Assembly (NCBI GenBank): GCA_002104905.1
Contig: MCFE01000349.1
Coordinates: 25,113 to 89,112, forward strand
Length of the DNA: 64,000 nt
Direction of reading: 5' to 3'
Source: Basidiobolus meristosporus CBS 931.73
Lineage: Eukaryota; Fungi; Basidiobolomycota
The translations under genes were made by a program, and so were the position numbers. Shown piece by piece: positions 62,812 to 64,000 of this stretch. Numbering within the stretch: position 1 is the first letter of the stretch; each line of letters starts with the position of its first letter. The notes beneath the pieces were generated by a model. It searched no databases. It was not told where the DNA came from and saw nothing but the letters and a program-made list of their open reading frames with translations.

Positions 62812-63279
62812 TCAGGCAGAGGTTGTAGCTTCTTCAGAGGCAGCATTGACAATGTGACCTGCAGAGTCCCAGAGCTCTTCAAATGGTGCATCACTTAAGT
62901 CAGCAAGGAGGGAAATGGCATGATTCTTGAGGAAGTATGCCACATCATAGGAGGGGGCTTGTCTCTTGATGACAGCAAAGAAAGACAGAATGGCAACATG
63001 GGCTGGAGGCTTGTTGAACAGTAGAGAGTCAGAGGATTCAGATTCTTCAGGCACTATCTTGAAGTCAGTTTTCAGCCAGTTAAGGTTCTTCTCCACAAAG
63101 GCAACAAATGGGTCAGCAATGTTTTGGTCTAGGATAACCTCCAGAATCTTCCCTTTTCTCCAGGCCAGGTTGACAATTCTTGAGAGCTGAATATTGCATG
63201 CCTTGAGTGCTTTCCTGATGTTGGAAATGGGAGTCCAGGGAACTTGCTTCAAGTACACCACAGTCCAGGTAGAAGCTGG
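62812..63279 (-). CDS. LINE ORF1, C-terminal part only
   Basis: The frame is open from 63279 (PASTWTVVYLKQVPWTPISNIRKAL...KILEVIL) with no ATG, directly preceded by telomere-like repeats. The TGA at 62812-62814 is in frame with ORF2. Confidence 0.75.
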   Translation of the reverse strand, partial: PASTWTVVYLKQVPWTPISNIRKALKACNIQLSRIVNLAWRKGKILEVILDQNIADPFVAFVEKNLNWLKTDFKIVPEESESSDSLLFNKPPAHVAILSFFAVIKRQAPSYDVAYFLKNHAISLLADLSDAPFEELWDSAGHIVNAASEEATTSA

Positions 63280-63309
63280 TTAGGAATAGGGTTAGGGTTA
63301 GGGTTAGGG
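63280..63309 (+). repeat. Telomeric repeats at the LINE 5' truncation: TTAGGA ATAGGG (TTAGGG)3
   Basis: Read directly; the last TTAGGG is also the terminus of SINE copy 2. Confidence 0.92.
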
Positions 63310-63831
63310 GGGAGGAAAGTCACCAAGTGGTGAAATCTTTATTTACTTATGACAAGTATCTAAAGAAGCCAAGTTAATCTGAAGTAATTCCTAGAAAGCT
63401 AGGTCTGAGAGATATCTTCCTGGTAAGCCAGGTCTGAGAGTTGAGAAGCTGAGTGGTACTATATTTCCTAGTTAGCTAGGTCTGAGAGAGGTTTCCTGGA
63501 AAGCCAGGCCTGAGAAGTGAGAATCTGAGTATATCTGAGGTGAGTTGTACTGATTTGCGGTAGCTTGTTTGTGGCCAGAATGGCCAGTAGACTGGGGGAA
63601 CTGAGGGGTATTTCTGGGCGATCACTGGCCAAATTTACTAGGCAAATTTGACCAATTAGCATTTCAAGGATTTCAGCCAATCAGAGCCTTTACTTTGCCC
63701 AATGGTTGATCAAGCCATCTCCCAATGAGCACACATCAATTTATTGATCAAATTTTGTTGGATCCAGGATTTGAACCCACAACCATGGGTATGGAAGGGT
63801 TAGGGATAACCACAAGGCTAAGTGTTCTTGG
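63304..63831 (-). mobile_element. tRNA-headed SINE-like unit, copy 2
   Basis: About 97% identical to 59448-59979 by eye. A-box 63820-63810, B-box GGTTCAAATCC 63777-63767. Confidence 0.8.
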
Positions 63832-63911
63832 TTAGGGGGAGGGAAAGTCACCAAGTTGGTGAAATCTTTATTTGAGGGTTAGGGGGAGGAAAGTCACCAA
63901 GTGGTGAAATC
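63832..63911 (-). repeat. Two very short copies (47 and 33 bp) of the shared 3' terminus
   Basis: TTAGGGGGAG(G)GAAAGTCACCAAGT(T)GGTGAAATC starts again at 63832 and 63879. Confidence 0.9.
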
Positions 63912-64000
63912 TTAGGGGGAGGAAAGTCACCAAGTGATGAAATCTTTATTTACTTATGACAAGTATCTAAAGAAGCCAAGTTAATCTGAAGTTATTCCTA
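63912..64000 (-). mobile_element. 3' end of a third SINE-like copy, running off the window
   Basis: Matches 59448-59536 nearly base for base. Confidence 0.85.

Larger units (their letters stand above)
59980..63291 (-). mobile_element. APE-type non-LTR retrotransposon (LINE), 5'-truncated in ORF1, ending in CCCCCCTAA
   Basis: ORF1 fragment plus ORF2 with APE and RT domains. Short 3' UTR 60042-59980 with AATAAA and a stem-loop, and no poly(A). Confidence 0.92.

Noticed and set aside
59448-63831. The two 530-bp direct repeats flanking the RT as LTRs of an LTR or DIRS element
   Set aside because: No TG...CA termini, PBS, PPT, integrase or tyrosine recombinase. The RT and APE domain are non-LTR type. 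The repeats differ by about 3% and recur in further partial copies.
63832-64000. CRISPR-like repeat-spacer array
   Set aside because: Eukaryotic context, no unique spacers, and the modules are nested truncations of one terminus.

Overview
This is eukaryotic, intron-rich fungal DNA with introns of about 55-75 nt; an early-diverging lineage is my inference. The left end (1-7222) is a nest of one Ty1/Copia family, with a full-length decayed copy, older fragments and solo LTRs, several with intact 5-bp TSDs. The middle (8.4-53.3 kb) holds about 19 ordinary host genes: PPR, tandem-PAS, Tco89-like, FYVE-RING, RGS, ZRC1-like CDF, Rab5/Vps21, Rho3, CRAL-TRIO, DDHD lipase, Rxt3, PacC, F-box/SMI1, acid phosphatase, KH protein, AK3, SVIP-like and an Nrc-2/Fpk1-type kinase. 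The right end (54.9-59.4 kb) is a second Copia nest, cut off abruptly by the most interesting structure in the window. That structure is a head-to-tail array, all on the minus strand, of an APE-endonuclease/RT LINE and a roughly 530-bp tRNA-headed, highly structured SINE-like unit. Both share the same 3' terminus (AATAAA, stem-loop, CCCCCTAA) and are joined through TT|AGGG or (TTAGGG)n junctions. The polarity is that expected for elements added to a chromosome end. The LINE ORF2 has no start codon and is in frame with ORF1 across a single UGA-CUA, and its coding region is almost CpG-free. Whether the array is truly telomeric cannot be seen, because the window ends inside it.
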